From the NCBI RefSeq assembly GCF_006345805.1, contig NC_042998.1:115940001-116004000 (forward strand): a stretch of 64,000 nt of DNA. Direction: 5' to 3'. Below the pieces are notes generated by a model. The model had not been told where the DNA came from. It saw nothing but the letters and a program-made list of their open reading frames with translations, and did not search any database. The translations under genes and the position numbers were made by a program. Every line of letters begins with the position of its first letter. Within the stretch, counting starts at the first letter, position 1. This stretch comes from Octopus sinensis. Taxonomy: Eukaryota. This document shows, one piece after another, positions 1-13,607 of the stretch.

Positions 1-751
1 AAGCTGTCACATAGTTCTGTATTTTTATGTGCAGCCAGTCATTATAAAATTGTAACAATTACAAGGTGTACTTATCTGGTGTTGATCTACAATTATATCT
101 TTCAAACTTATTAATATTCGTAAGTCGCAGCTGCTTACAGACATACAGTAACGGACGGCGGGGTCTAGATTTGCAACGGCTGTTAACGTACGAGCAACAC
201 AAGAAGCTGTTTGGGAATCTGTAGTCTCTTGCCTGCGAAGCGACGCCAACATTCGATTAAGTAACCCCATCTCATTACTTGATTCTTTATTTTGTCGGCC
301 ATTACAGGTGAAGGTATTTTCATTTGTACTGGCTGATAACAACCTCAACCTCACTTGAATGATATCAAGGACGTAGTAAGTGATGATAGTGGTGGTGGTG
401 GGTGTCTGTCATTGGACATTGACCATTCTTTTGTTCGATCAACTGAATCCTCTGTTTCAAAATTAATATGTAAGTAACTAAAAATTCCATCGACACGTGA
501 ACCTTTAACGTAATTCTAATGTAAAATCAGCCTGATGAAGTATGTGATAAAACTGCCCCTTTCGAATTGCATATAATCTGGTGGATGAACTTATGTACAG
601 TTTCTGACAACCTAATCTTCGGAAATTATAGATCTATCCTAGATTATGGAGAAAGGGTTTATCACAAGATGAGACAGTGATATCGAATGAGATACGTCAT
701 GGTTGCGAAGAATACTTTTTAATCATTCGGCCATACTGCACCTAGACAGTG

Positions 752-821
<70 letters not shown>

Positions 822-826
822 TATAC
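752..826. repeat. (TA)n microsatellite
   Basis: Direct reading. Confidence 0.95.
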
Positions 827-1574
827 AAAATGGGACAAGAACGCAAAACATCCAGACAGTTAGGTGATACATAAAAGGGACAACAAAACGTCCAGATAGA
901 CGATGCAAAGAAACAAGGACAAGTCATTCGGAGTTTTCTTTCCGCAGTCGTGTTCCAGATTATCGTTGCAATTTTGGCTGATTATCCTCGAGATTGCTCC
1001 AATCTGGCCAGCCCCAAGAAAAACTAAGCTAAGAGCATTAGATATTTGGGAAGAAAGAAGCGAATGTATACAAAAAGAAGGTCGGAAAAAAAATGGACAA
1101 TGTTATACAAATACAATAAAAATGATAATAAAAATTATAACAGGACATAAAAACAGGTGTCATTCGACTAAGGACGAATTGAATTAAGCTGGCGTGTGTG
1201 GAAATAAAGCCATACGGCAGAAATACAAGATTTCACAGGCACAGAGAAGAATATCGATGTTGCACGGACGACAGCCGAACCAAGAAAGAAAGATCAGGCT
1301 TGGCCGAACACCGGTGATACATATAGGGGAGAGAGCGCTAGCACTCTTCATGTAGTGAGTTTTAATTGAAGCAGAAAGAGATGAAGAAGTGATGAAAGAA
1401 CAGTTGCATATTTGGCAGGCACTATTTAATACAGTTCATTGTGAATTAATATGATACTAAGTCATACGTAAGTTAAATATGCAGAGGTTTAAGAAATAGC
1501 ATAACTAATTATGAAATCATTTTGAAATACTATGAATATGCACTCAATAGACAAAATTAATGCTATTGCTGTTG

Positions 1575-1800
1575 CTTTGCTCAAGAAGATTCTAACCTGC
1601 TAGTGGCTGAGCACTCCACAAACACATGTACCCTTACCGTAGTTTACAGGGTGTGACAAGCAGATATTATTCATTCATGTCAGCTGAGTGAACTGGAGCA
1701 GCGGAAAATGAAGTGTCTTGCTGAAGAGACACAATACGTCGCCAGAAATTGAACTCTTACGATCGTAAGCCGAATGCATTAACCAGTAAGCCATGCGCCT
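1575..1800 (-). mobile_element. tRNA-derived SINE (decayed)
   Basis: Reverse complement of 1735-1800 gives a tRNA-like head with A-box (tggcttactgg) and B-box (gagttcaat) like motifs. Confidence 0.6.
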
Positions 1801-3224
1801 TTACCATATATGTATATATATGTGTGTGTGTGTGTGTGTTTGTGTTTGTGTGTACGCATCTAGTGGTTATTACTGCATGATTTGCAACAGCTTCTGTTTC
1901 ATAAATTGTACTAATAATATTATGGTCGACAATAAGCTATGGTAAAAGCCCCTTCTCCAAAGTGAGATCAAAATCGCTACCATTTTAACATAACTACTAT
2001 ATTAAAAATGTATTCTACCCCCTCTCTCTCCTTGTCTTTCTCTCTCTCATTGAATGCGTTACATTCAGCTTAAGTGGATTGATGCTACACTATTTAAAGC
2101 TTTTTAACAGAACAAATCTAATGAATAACAATTATCTGTTTTGTGAGGAGAAAAAGTTTGCTTAAGGGTTAATTAAGGTCAAGAAAGATTCGAGATCAAC
2201 TAAATTTGCATGCATTATATTTAATTATGTATCGAATGGAAACTCAAAATTTTTAGCATGTTGAATGAAAAGTTTAGATATATTTCAGTATTGCTGTAGT
2301 TCCTCAATTAGCTGTATAAAAATAATTTAATTCACACTGCTTCATACAGAAAGTTACAGTCAAAAAAGCAGCAGATACATTTCGAAATTGCAAGTCTTTA
2401 GAACTCTTCATCTCGCATTGGCATGCAGCTTGGCACTCAGTGAACAATAACATCACTTTCTCAATGTATTAATTCAATGCATTAAAATAAAATGATACAC
2501 AATATCGAGTGACTGTCGAAAATATAACTGAATAAGCTAAATTAAACCTCGAATAATGGATTCCTCTCATTTGCTGGCATATCGATGTCTGAGAGAATTT
2601 TATACTTTTATCTGTCTTAAGTTTGGTTTATTCATTGTGAAACATTTTCTTCTATGCAATACAGGAACCTCAATAAAACACAATTATCAATACATCTATT
2701 CACAAATAGAAATATCCAATTTTATTCAAATCTCAAGACCACTTCAAGTTGTTATTTTATCTTCATTTTATATTTTGTATACTTTTCTGTTTTATTTCAT
2801 ATTTATAGACAGTCTACTGACCTGGCTGGCAGGTTAAAGAAACCTGTAGTACTTCATAGATTGCGTGCATAGATATTGATTGTTTAACTAAATCTAACTT
2901 AAGTGGTTCATGCAAATAAAAATATTTTGCAAGAAAAATATATTTCTGGCTCAAAAGTAGATTGAGATGGTATTTATCATGTAATATGTACATGACTCTA
3001 GATTGAAAATGTCTTCTTTTCGAAATTACGGGTCATATTAATTTACACTCTTTGTGTACCTTCAGTGATTAAAAAACCCTATAGCATTGCAATACAGTTT
3101 ATCATTTATGTGCGCGCGCCCACACATAATTTGTAGGGTGAATATACAGACTCGGATAGGCTAAGATAAGAACAATGTAAATCAACAGCTAAATGCGTAA
3201 AATAAGAAATGCATAAAAAAGCAA

Positions 3225-3296
3225 TATAATAATAACAACAATAACAACAACAACAACAGCAACAACAACAATAATAATAACAACAACAACAACAAC

Positions 3297-3336
<40 letters not shown>

Positions 3337-3356
3337 TAATAATAATAATAATAATA
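3225..3356. repeat. (CAA)n/(TAA)n compound microsatellite
   Basis: Direct reading. Confidence 0.95.
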
Positions 3357-3479
3357 GCTGTCGAAGAGAAAACATGATGTTGGTTGGTATGAATTTTATT
3401 GCTAATTTAGGGAGCAATTCCGAACCTCTCTTTAATCGGAATAATTTGTGTTCTGATAGCGTAGGTGTGATATTAAAGA

Positions 3480-4500
3480 ATGTAAATTCAAATTATGTTA
3501 TTTTGACGTGCCTAGTCCCACTCTTATATTGCAAGTTAGCTTTTGGTTTCTAGTTCACTGCATCTCCACACTCCGGATATTTACAGTATCTGGATGTCTG
3601 TCTTCTGCATACTTTTGTGCATTGGAACATTGTCCTGGGTATGTTGGTTTGCAAAAGCATTCTGCTATTCAGGGATGTGGCTACAGATTGGCAAGAGTAT
3701 TTGAGAACAACAACATAGTTTTCTATTTTCAGTGAATTAGACAAACGCTGACCGTTTTTATTTCTCCGTTATGATTGGCCAGCGGCGAAGCTGCGAAATA
3801 TATATTGGAAAACAGGCATTGTCTCAGAGTGAAGTCAGCTCTTGTTATTATCACAGGAATTTCAAACATCGTTTTGCACGACCTTAACCAATTCTCCACC
3901 TGCTCTTCGTAATTTCATAACCTGATATCAATCCAATTTTGCTGAGTTCATTTTATTTTCGTTTCCATTTATTTATCCTTGATACTATCCATCAGGGTAT
4001 CAGCAGAAATCAAGGTTTTATTTTAATCCTACCAAACCCTCCTTCTGACGAGCATTTGATTCACAATATATGGCGTGACTGCGACACATCTGGTCTTTCG
4101 AGGAGCAAAATAGTTCACAACTATAGAGCAAGTCAGACTATGTAAGTATTCAAAGTTAATGTCGATAAAGATCTTCGACTTCTTAAAGAAATGGAATTGG
4201 ACCCGCTCTGAAACTGAAACTGGGCAGGTTTAAGGAGCTTTTAGCTGTCGGTTATTCTCTATCCAATTGCTCTTTGTGGAGGATCGTAAAGGTTTCATGT
4301 TATGGATCAGTCTCAAAGTTTGGGTCAGTACGCTACGTTGTCCATGTATCACCACAACTGTGCCATGTTGCTATATCTTAAAGAGTATTAGATATTGTTT
4401 GCCAAAAAGCCCATCCGTCATAAACATTCTAAAAGGATTTCATCTTGCTTACAGAGAACCTGTTAGTTTTACAAATATCTTCAACTATGTTATGACCCTA
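3480..4500 (-). mobile_element. Highly decayed R2-like (RLE-type) non-LTR retrotransposon fragment (RT to zinc-knuckle region)
   Basis: Manual translation across stops and frameshifts gives KQD..NPF.MFM.DGL (QGDPLSP-like), YMDNVAY (Y.DD-like), GGFG and a later C.YPEC...RHVK segment resembling the R2 CCHC/RH region. Confidence 0.4.
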
Positions 4501-5026
4501 ATTGGTAACAACTTTGCACACATTTTTAATCAAATCCATTTTACGGTTCAGATCTCCACAAATATCTTAATAATTACGTCCTTATCACATAATCTTAATA
4601 CTTACTTTTCACTTTACTTTTCGAATTACTTCCTCTTATTAAATTAATTGAACCTTTCTTTACTTTCTCCCTTCAAATAACATATCCTCAGATTTCGTAC
4701 TAATTAGATATATTAACACCATTTGATTAGTTTTAATTACATATCAATTTCATATCTTAGACGCTGTTGATTTAAATATATAGATAAAGTATTGATTCTA
4801 TTTTCCGTAGTTCACAAACATATTTCACCGCATTTTCTTCAAAGAAAGAAAGCAAGTTATAATAAAGTTTCTCTTTATGTTTTCTTAATTCGTCACCCTA
4901 AAAGATATAAAATGATATGATATACCTTTTCTGATTATCCTTTGAGGTATGTTCTCAAATACACTTCCCTAATTAAAATATTTAGCTTAAATCACCGAAA
5001 CATTGTGACCGTTTCTCTTTTACATT

Positions 5027-5930
5027 CAGGTTGTTCTGGCTAAATTTGACAGTTAGCCTAAAAGGATTATAAAACACAATATCCCATCCAAGAATAAAAA
5101 GTATTTGTAAAAAATCAAAAAATGTCAACTAGATTATGGGATAAGAGATAATAGTTTATTCGAAATACCCGCCCTCACCTTCTAGCTCAGCTTCAAGACA
5201 GGTCCGGGTCCCAGCATATGCGTTTCTCACTGTGTCCTAGGGAAGATATTTTAAAGCCCCCTTGATCTTGGCCACCATCTTGCCCTTTGTGTTGCAGGCA
5301 GACCGGTTGGTGTCTTTCACAACCACGCATAGTTATCAAAGGGATTATAATCGGTGGAATTATGAGGCAAGAAATTGGAGCTGGTGAAGTTCTGGAAATG
5401 CTCTCACAACCACTTCTGACTCTTTCCAGAGATATGGTAAGGAGCCGAATCCTCCTGCCACATATATGGTAATCTAGCAGCAACCCTCTTCTGTCAGGAT
5501 TTCACCATAGTCTATAGCAGTTTCATATAGCCGTCTGAAGTGGGTCTAAGGCCCTGTTCATATATGAAGGGAACAGCCCAGCGTGCGAACGAAGTCAGAA
5601 CGTCTGCCGCGTCCTTTCTTACTGGCTTCATATTCTCCGTTGCAGTTATCCACTTCACGTCTTACAGCCTTTACATTGTTCACAAGCATTGTGAGTAGTC
5701 ATGATGTCAGCAACTTGATACATTTGGAATCATCATGATACAAGTAACTCTTTTCCAATGTTCAGATAGCTTCTAGTCCTCCACATTAATTAACTGTTTC
5801 ACTTTAACAATTTTACTCTTTATGCTCACCAACGTCGTTGGCTGTTCACCAATACACCAAACCGTTTCCGAAAAAAAAAAAAACGAAAGGGAGATATGCA
5901 AAAATCATTAAATTTTGCTCGACTGCCTTG
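5027..5930 (-). mobile_element. Internally deleted, decayed maT (DD37D) Tc1/mariner-superfamily transposon
   Basis: Minus-strand translation PFIYEQGLR..SDGY.KLL...RVAARLPYMWQEDSAPYHISGKSQKWL*EHFQNFTSSNFLPHNSTDYNPFD has 37 residues between the last two Asp, then KDTNRSACNTK...EGEGGYFE*. Degenerate TIRs near 5027 (caggttgttctggctaaatttgac) and 5930. Confidence 0.75.
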
Positions 5931-7562
5931 TATTCTGCGTGACGCACACTCCTAGATTTAAATTAATCAAAGTTGTTTTAATACATGTCATTACAACTCC
6001 TTAATATATATGTACTAATCTTCTACTGCCACGTATATGCTTTATGTCCCTTATTTGAGATGTCTTCTTAAAAAATATTCACACAACGTTTTTGATTAAA
6101 TTCCTTTATTAATATTTTCTTACTCCAATATTCTAACCTCCTTGATTGATAGTTCAATATTGCCATTTTACCTCTTTAATCCAAATTAATTCAGGGAGAT
6201 GCTTGAAGCAACACTGTCTTCATATTCCAGATTTTATGTATTTCATACATCTATAGATTTGAATTAATCCTTAGTGCTTCAATACATTTTAGCTGTAACT
6301 CATTAATCTGCCCTTTCTGTTTAATTAATGAGATGTATTAATTTAATTTAAAAGCAATCTTTTAACAAATCCCTCTTCAGTCATGCTAAACGGCTTTAAA
6401 TCATTATGCATTGGTTAATGTAGTCGAAGGTAACATAGTTCCTGAAAGCCGTTATGGCTGTGATTAGAATGCGTTTGTTGTTAGGGCAGTCCAGTCGAAC
6501 ATGCCAAAACAACATTAACCATGTCTATCGATCGAGATATCCTTCGAGCTCTGCTTAACTAGCTGATGTGTTGTTGTCTGTAAATTTCTGTATTGAAATG
6601 TCTATTTTTTTTGTATTATTTTGAAACAATTCAGCTTAACCATACACCTGTTTAGATGAGACACTTAAATCAATATGTTCATATCTCATTTCCAAACATC
6701 CCCTCTCTTCTAGATGTTAATTACACAAAACAAAACATTTTCTCTGTAGCTTAATCTATTTTATCATATTTATAAATTTAAATTTATTAATGCCTCCTTA
6801 TAATATTATGCTTTTATTATTGAATATGGTAAGAATTTATTTCGCGCCACGTAAATTATGTCCCTCGGGCTAAACTCTATAATGGTATACAGCTTCACAA
6901 ATGCCATTTCTGACTTTTAAGCCACCTTTAAATATCTATCATGAATATCTGTATATTCTTAATTCCAAGAAAAAAACAGAACAATATAAGTAGAAATAGA
7001 CTGACTGAAGAATGACGTACAGTTTCTTGATAAGTAGAGAAACTAGTGGGAAAGTAACAATCTGTCCTTCTTCAGTCCATTATATCCAGCTATATTTTGC
7101 TTGTATTCCTTACAGAATCTTTATTCCGATTTTTTTTACACGCAGGTTTTATTACCAAATATATATTCTAAAACTACCATAACGTAATACATTTTTTGAA
7201 AATGATCTTGAATGATAAAGTCAGCTATAGTTACCTACCGTCCCTAAGAATCAGCAATGCCTAGCTACCTTCCTTAAGAACATCAATGATGTGGAACGAA
7301 GGAATCTTCGTCAACATAGCTCGTCCTTGTAAAATTTTAGTGAACACTCTCTCAAGTAGCACCAAACGTCTTTAAAAGTATACACCTTTTTTCTTTTACT
7401 GAAGTCCAAGGTATATGACTTCTGAAGAACGTGATAACTATGCTTCGAAAGTCTTTGTTGAGAAGTCTACCCTTTTGAGTATGTGATGGAGTCGAACAAA
7501 ATCAATAAAAATACCAATTTTTCCTGTCTGAGTGAACGTGCTGCTTAACTGGTAGATGTATA

Positions 7563-8068
7563 TCTATATATATAAAACTCTAGTTGTGTGAGTGTCTGAC
7601 CCCTTCGATTTAGATTCCTAACTCCTCCCACATTTTGCGGTGCAGTTTAACCAAATTCGGGTATCTTATAGTCGTGATTCATATCGAGCCCGTCTGGCTA
7701 TTAGCGCGCGTCAATGATGAGTCTACGATTTTAAAAATAATTTAACATCATTTTTTATTCCATTTTAATGCATAAAATGCATCGTATGTCGATGGCGGCG
7801 GAGTTGGCGTCCACGCTCACAGCTGCACCTGTTTGCTTCCCCCCCTTTCCTCCCTCGTGAAGCTGTGGGGAAGGGAGTGTAAAGAAATCAACGTCGTAAT
7901 GCGTTGTGAAGGAAACCAGCGTTCTTTTAGAACAACGACTTCATGGCTTGAAGACACTAAAACAAAAATGGCTAAGAAAGCCCGAATTTATAAGGGAAGT
8001 AACTCTCTAAAAATGCTTATATAGTTATTTCCCTTACAAACCCGAGCAACGCCGGGCGATACTGCTAG
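7563..8068 (+). mobile_element. Non-autonomous Helitron-type element
   Basis: Begins TC(TATATATATAAAA) after an A and ends CTAG before a T. GC hairpin cccg...cggg at 8041-8056 lies about 9 nt upstream of CTAG. No TSD. Confidence 0.7.
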
Positions 8069-8101
<33 letters not shown>

Positions 8102-8365
8102 TATATATATACCTGTAAAATTCTACATTGAAATTTAATAATTAAATTCTCCACGCCCATCGTCAAAATATAGTTACAAAGCCAAATACAGTCTCCATAT
8201 TTTTTTTATTCATTTCTCATACAAGCTAGGATGATAAACATTACTTTTTGAAGCATCATACTGCCATACTGTTATGTGCAATTCTTAACATGCTGTATGT
8301 GTTTCCTTTGTAGTTTGTGTTTAAATTTCAAAAAATGTTATAAATTTACTCATGATTGATTTCTT

Positions 8366-8407
<42 letters not shown>

Positions 8408-8927
8408 AAGAACATACTTACTGTCAGATCTAACAGATCAGAACGGAGAGGTGTTACATGTGAGTTTTGTTTCGTTAATATTGATTTCTTATAATTGCAC
8501 AATATATAGAGGAGAAGGAGGAGGACGACAGTCGATCGAATACATTCTTTTACAAAGTTTGTGCTCATTGAATCGGACATAGGATGGATGCAAAAAATTC
8601 GATATCGATGATATTTGAAATTAGGACAAGAAACTTAGAAACAAAATATTATTAGGCAGTTTAGTCGACACTCTACTTTTTCTGTTAAACTACTGCTTCC
8701 GTTGTTTCTTGAAAAATGACGTAATTCCTAAAATGGTAAAATAGGTTGAGGTGATGTATTTCTAACATTCACGTTTTATCGAATTTTTTATCATTCTCTC
8801 ATTCCTTATCTCCTCTTTGTCACTCTAGTAACATTTGAGCTGAAGAATTTACTGGATTATTAGAGAAAAAATAAACTGGAACGTGTCTTATATGTACTCC
8901 CATAGTTCGTATGAGAAACCTGATTAG

Positions 8928-9092
8928 GGTGCCGAGCTGGCAAGATCGTTAACACGCCCGGCAAAATGCTCAGCGATATTTTGTTCATCATTACGTTCAA
9001 GTTCAAATTCCGCTGAGGTCGACTTTGTCTTTCATCCTTTCGAGGTAGATAAAATAAGTACCAGTAAAGCTCTGGCATCGATGTAATCGACT
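8928..9092 (+). mobile_element. tRNA-derived SINE family B
   Basis: gagctggca...gttcaaattccgctgaggtcgactttgtctttcatcctttcgaggtagataaaataagtacc; the same core recurs at 36.1, 47.6 and 48.0 kb. Confidence 0.75.
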
Positions 9093-12000
9093 ATCACCTT
9101 CTCTACTTTCTATAGTAGAAAGGAATATGAGAAATATGATGTATTTCTTTTTTCACAACATGAGACAAAAGACTAATACAATTCATATTCATTCATAATG
9201 TGCTAAATTCCGACATTCATAGCTATCTTTAGGGGGTACTGGAAAATGTTCTTGATCAAGTGCTTTGGGCGACAACATTGATTGCATTTCACAATACATT
9301 TTGCACAATATCAGCCATAAGAATGCTCTTCGAAGTTGAAACATTGATCATTCGGCGAAGACACATTAACGACTTGTCAGCTGTGACGATTATACACAGA
9401 GTACTAGAAGGTTTTGCTCAACATATCTTATTTTATGAAACCGAACAAATGTTTAAATTATGTTAGGCAACATTTTTCTTGTATTAGACATAATCTGGAA
9501 ATATTCACCCGTAAATAGACAAAAGATGACATGAATGCTAGAACAGAAAATTGCAGTTTGAAAGTGTGGAAAATTATATCTTTTGTTTACCCCGAAGGAA
9601 AATATAGTGCTTCGTAAAGCAGGAAAACCATTTCCTGATAAACATTAAAAGAAGAAAAACAGAATCAGCTGAATCGTAATACAATGGTAAAATACTAATT
9701 AAATTATGAGAAGCAACAGCTCTGCTTGATTTTCGAAAATATATTAATATTTTTATAAGTATTCGCATAGACGTTCCTTCAGATATGTTGAATGTTTCCA
9801 TTTAGATTCTATAAATTAAATTTCAACTTTAGAATACACAAACGTCATGAAATATTGTCAACTCATCTGGGATTTAGCTAAGGAGTATTTAGTCATCATA
9901 GCATTGACCGTTTTATAGGGAAATTTATAATTTAGTGAAAAATAATTGAATGCAGCAATTGTGAGATTTACTCTTTATTTTAAGGATTGCCTGTCCCAGA
10001 CAGGAAAACAATATGCCTCTCGGTAACCTCTTGCACTACTTTTTGTTTTAAATTCGAATGAGAACGAGGTGGAGGCTACCCTTCATTCTTCGTAGGACGA
10101 TAAAATGAGTTGCACCCAGAAAGATAAATTCAAGAGTTTCGTCCGGACGTTTGAAAAAGATACGCGTAAATTAGAAACTATGACTTTTAATATATTCTGT
10201 ACGTTGTTTGAATGAATTTCGCATAGAAGTCACAAATATGATGCCACACTGTTCTTATGCTAGTTACTTCCTAACAACGATCATGCCTAACAAACACGGA
10301 TAGTTGATATATCTGCGTGTATATACTAGTTTTGCTGGCTCGTATTTATCATTCAATTACGGTAGTAGTTGAATAATATTCTTAAGGTCGCAATTTACTC
10401 AAAAGTAGCATTTTCAGAGTTTGTCGCTAATTCAGTTCATAACCACATTGAAAACCGTTAATACTTTTGAAAAGAACTGGTATATAGCTATATTTTGGCA
10501 TAAAACGATTGAGATTTGGTCAGTAGAAAAAAGTTTACATCAAAATTTGTAGCAACGTTATAGGAGAGTAAGTAACGCCACTAATCAAGTTTAGATCTAA
10601 ATAACTTTTTATTTCAAAAGCAAAATGTGTTTATCATGGCTTCAATGATAGAAGAAAACATGGATATTGTCATAGATTTAGCTCCAAGCAACAAAAAATT
10701 GTATAAAAGTTGGTGATGTAAAATATGAAAAAAAGCAAAAAAATTGGATGTAAGTATAATTTATTTTAAGAACAAACTATATTTTAACGAAGCTTAAATG
10801 ATAGAGCTCAATTCAAAGAATGTCATGGTATCAATCTCATGCAATGAAGTTTTAAAAGAAAAAAAATTATGAGTATTTGTCTCTCGAATTTGACGGTATA
10901 GTTCTGTACTTTTTTATGAGCATAGTTCTATAAGGGACTTTTAAAATATGTCACCGGTATCATTGGGGTAAGGAAAAAATTATCAACGACACCGCTAATG
11001 GACACATTAACACATTATTACTTACAATAATAGCAGAGCGTGTAAAAAAACATGGATTAGATGGGAAACTGCGAGCAAGGGAGATAATATTCTTAAGATT
11101 TTAAATCTGAAAAAGTACAGGACAAGTTATTAGACTTGTAAAAGTTCAGGACAAGATTTAGAATTATATATTTCTCATTCTGCAAAGACCTTCACAATTC
11201 AAACATTGAAAGGATGCCGACAAAACAGTACTGTGGCCGTTTTAGGTGGTTTTGAATAGACCAAAGTGAAATTTTGGCAGGTCGATGCGTTACTTTAGTT
11301 GTCATTTGCAATATAAAGTGGAGAATGATAAACGACTACTAAGTGAATACCTTTGATATTCAAAATTTCATTTATCGTACAGAAAAATATGCAATCAACA
11401 GATGTGATGTACTGTATAAGAGATACTAAAAGTATGCTAAGACGTGCATGCACTTCACTAAGTCCTAAATACCATATACGAATAAACTAAATGCAGCAGT
11501 TATGTTACTGTCCCCACCCCACAAAAAATATATATACCACACTGTTCCAGAGAAAAATTCCCGACTTAAATGTTTTGTTATTACGCAAACAGGAAACCAT
11601 TCAAAACGCTGAAATCATTTTTCACTAAAGCGTTGCTCTGCATCGCCTACGAAGCAAATCCACGGAAGGTTAATTACTTGCTGAGGGTTCAGTAGCTGGG
11701 CATTAAGATATATGACACTTGACAGTGAATTTAATAACTTGACAATCCGTTATTCTGAAATTAGCATCCTAGTTGCGCAAAGCTTATTGAACATTTGGAA
11801 TAATTGCAAAAGTATTTACTTGGAACTTGTCCAAATATTGCATCTCTAATCTCTAGGTAACAGCGTTAAAATAACTATGTAGATTATCTCCAAAGTGCTG
11901 CATATTACACTGGCATACGAAATTAAACGAATAGGAGAGATAGGCTCGTTCATAGTTCTTTTGGAAGTATCTTTACAGTATCTTTACAGAACAGTTTGGT

Positions 12001-12384
12001 ATTTACGAACAATTGATGCTGTCAAGAGGTAGGCTCCGAAACCGCGCGCATTCTCTCCTGATGACCCCATATACTTGCTGGCTTCCAGTATGCGGAGTTC
12101 TCGACTGGTAGCACTTGCATATGCAAGTTGTTTGCAAGACATCTAAGACCTTGAGGAAGGTAGCCATTGACAGACCAGAAAGGCGGTTAGGCATCTTGGG
12201 AAGACAAGAGGACGGCTCGGAAGGACGAGTGGACAATAGGAAAGACTATCGACACCAGGAAAGACTGGCGGACTTGCATTTCTCGCCTTTGTAATATGTT
12301 GTAACAAATACGAATGAGAATGACAGCCCCACGATTGACCGAGAGGCAGGGGTCGAGAATCAATCAAATACAGTTAACACGGAA

Positions 12385-13070
12385 ATGACCTTCGATATGA
12401 GTACGGCTATTCATTCGAACAGCGAACGAAGGGCGAATAACTTTGGATGCAAGCTGTGCTGTAGCACCTTTGCAACTGTGTATGGCTTGAAGATGCATCA
12501 GGAAAATACTTATGAGAAGATGACAGAGCAGTGTGGATCATCTGATCGGATCGTAAAACAGGTAGCAAATCATCTCCGGACTCAAATTACAGCAGATCGA
12601 TAAATGTTACAGCAAAGACCTCTTCCCGTCAGGAAACTGCAAATTATGAAACTGGTGCATCAGATAGTACTCGGAGGAAACCGACCGATATTTTATCAAA
12701 ATGACAGATTAAAATGACTGATAATGGGAAAGGGAAATATAGAGAGTTTGGAAACAAGGTATGTCGAGCTCTTTACAAAATGACAGGCTCTGCAGGAGAG
12801 AAACTGGGAAAATTAACAAACTCAATTTACGATACAGGAAAGGAATTATTTGGAGTGAAAGAGAGTATCTGATTAGCGAAAGGAAAGTGTGGACCAAACA
12901 GGAGGATCAGGAAAATGAAACAGTTGAGGAAGGAAAAGGCCAGCATAAAAAAGCGATAGAAATGTGCTACATATGATGAAAAACCTAGCCTCGCACTGCT
13001 GTATGATGATTTGAAAAGGAAATATCGTTATGTGCAACAACATATCCGCCGCAATCATTACATCAATTTA
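12385..13070 (+). mobile_element. Decayed 5' part of an R2-like non-LTR retrotransposon (C2H2 zinc finger plus Myb-like motif)
   Basis: FGCKLCCSTFATVYGLKMHQ is C-x2-C...F.T..GL..H, and KVWTKQEDQE is a Myb-like WT.EE motif; this is the N-terminal domain order of R2-group elements. Disrupted by stops and frameshifts. 11940-12385 may be its 5' UTR. Confidence 0.55.
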
Positions 13071-13321
13071 AATGCAGAGCAATTCTCTGCATTTAAATAT
13101 CATGTACTGATGTCCAAGGTCATTTCCGTGTTAAGTGGGTTTGATTGATTCTCGACTCCCGACTCTTGGTCAATCGTGGGGCTGTCATTCTCATTTGTAT
13201 CTGTTACAACATGATATCTAAATATCATGTGTTGATATGTCACAAACTATGGAGACTCGGCATAACTAGGAAATTGGAGAGTGGTTGCATGACTTCTTAA
13301 ATGACAGGAGTCAGTGCATAG

Positions 13322-13525
13322 ATGTGTGTTTGTATATGTTTGTGTTTCTGTGTTTGTCCCTCCATCATCGCTTGACAACCGATGGTGGTGCCTTTACGTC
13401 CCCGTAACTTAACGCTTCAACAAAAGAGAACAAAAGGATAAATCCTGGGGTCTATTTCCTCGACTAAAGGCGGTGCTCAAGCATGGCCGCAGACAAATGA
13501 CTGAGTGAAGTAAAAGAATAAAAGA
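13322..13525 (+). mobile_element. SINE family A, 3' part
   Basis: gcttgacaaccgatg.tggtg...cgactaaaggcggtgctc.agcatggccgcag shared with the 57.8 kb copy. Confidence 0.8.
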
Positions 13526-13574
13526 ACAATCTATATGTACATAATATATATATCAATATATATATCCATATCTA

Positions 13575-13607
<33 letters not shown>

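Noticed and set aside
25-503. 109-aa minus-strand ORF, and an open frame from 503 starting GS that would fit the phase-1 donor of the S2 exon
   Set aside because: No resemblance to the expected post-S2/M4 sequence (no WW, no hydrophobic helix) and a poor polypyrimidine tract. Cannot be supported without RNA data.
530-575. CTGATGA hammerhead-like core (also at about 12058 and 29868)
   Set aside because: No stem II followed by GAAA in the required arrangement.
10350-11550. Faint resemblance to a decayed hAT/Charlie-type transposase
   Set aside because: Only scattered motif-like residues across many stops and no clear TIRs; needs a profile search.
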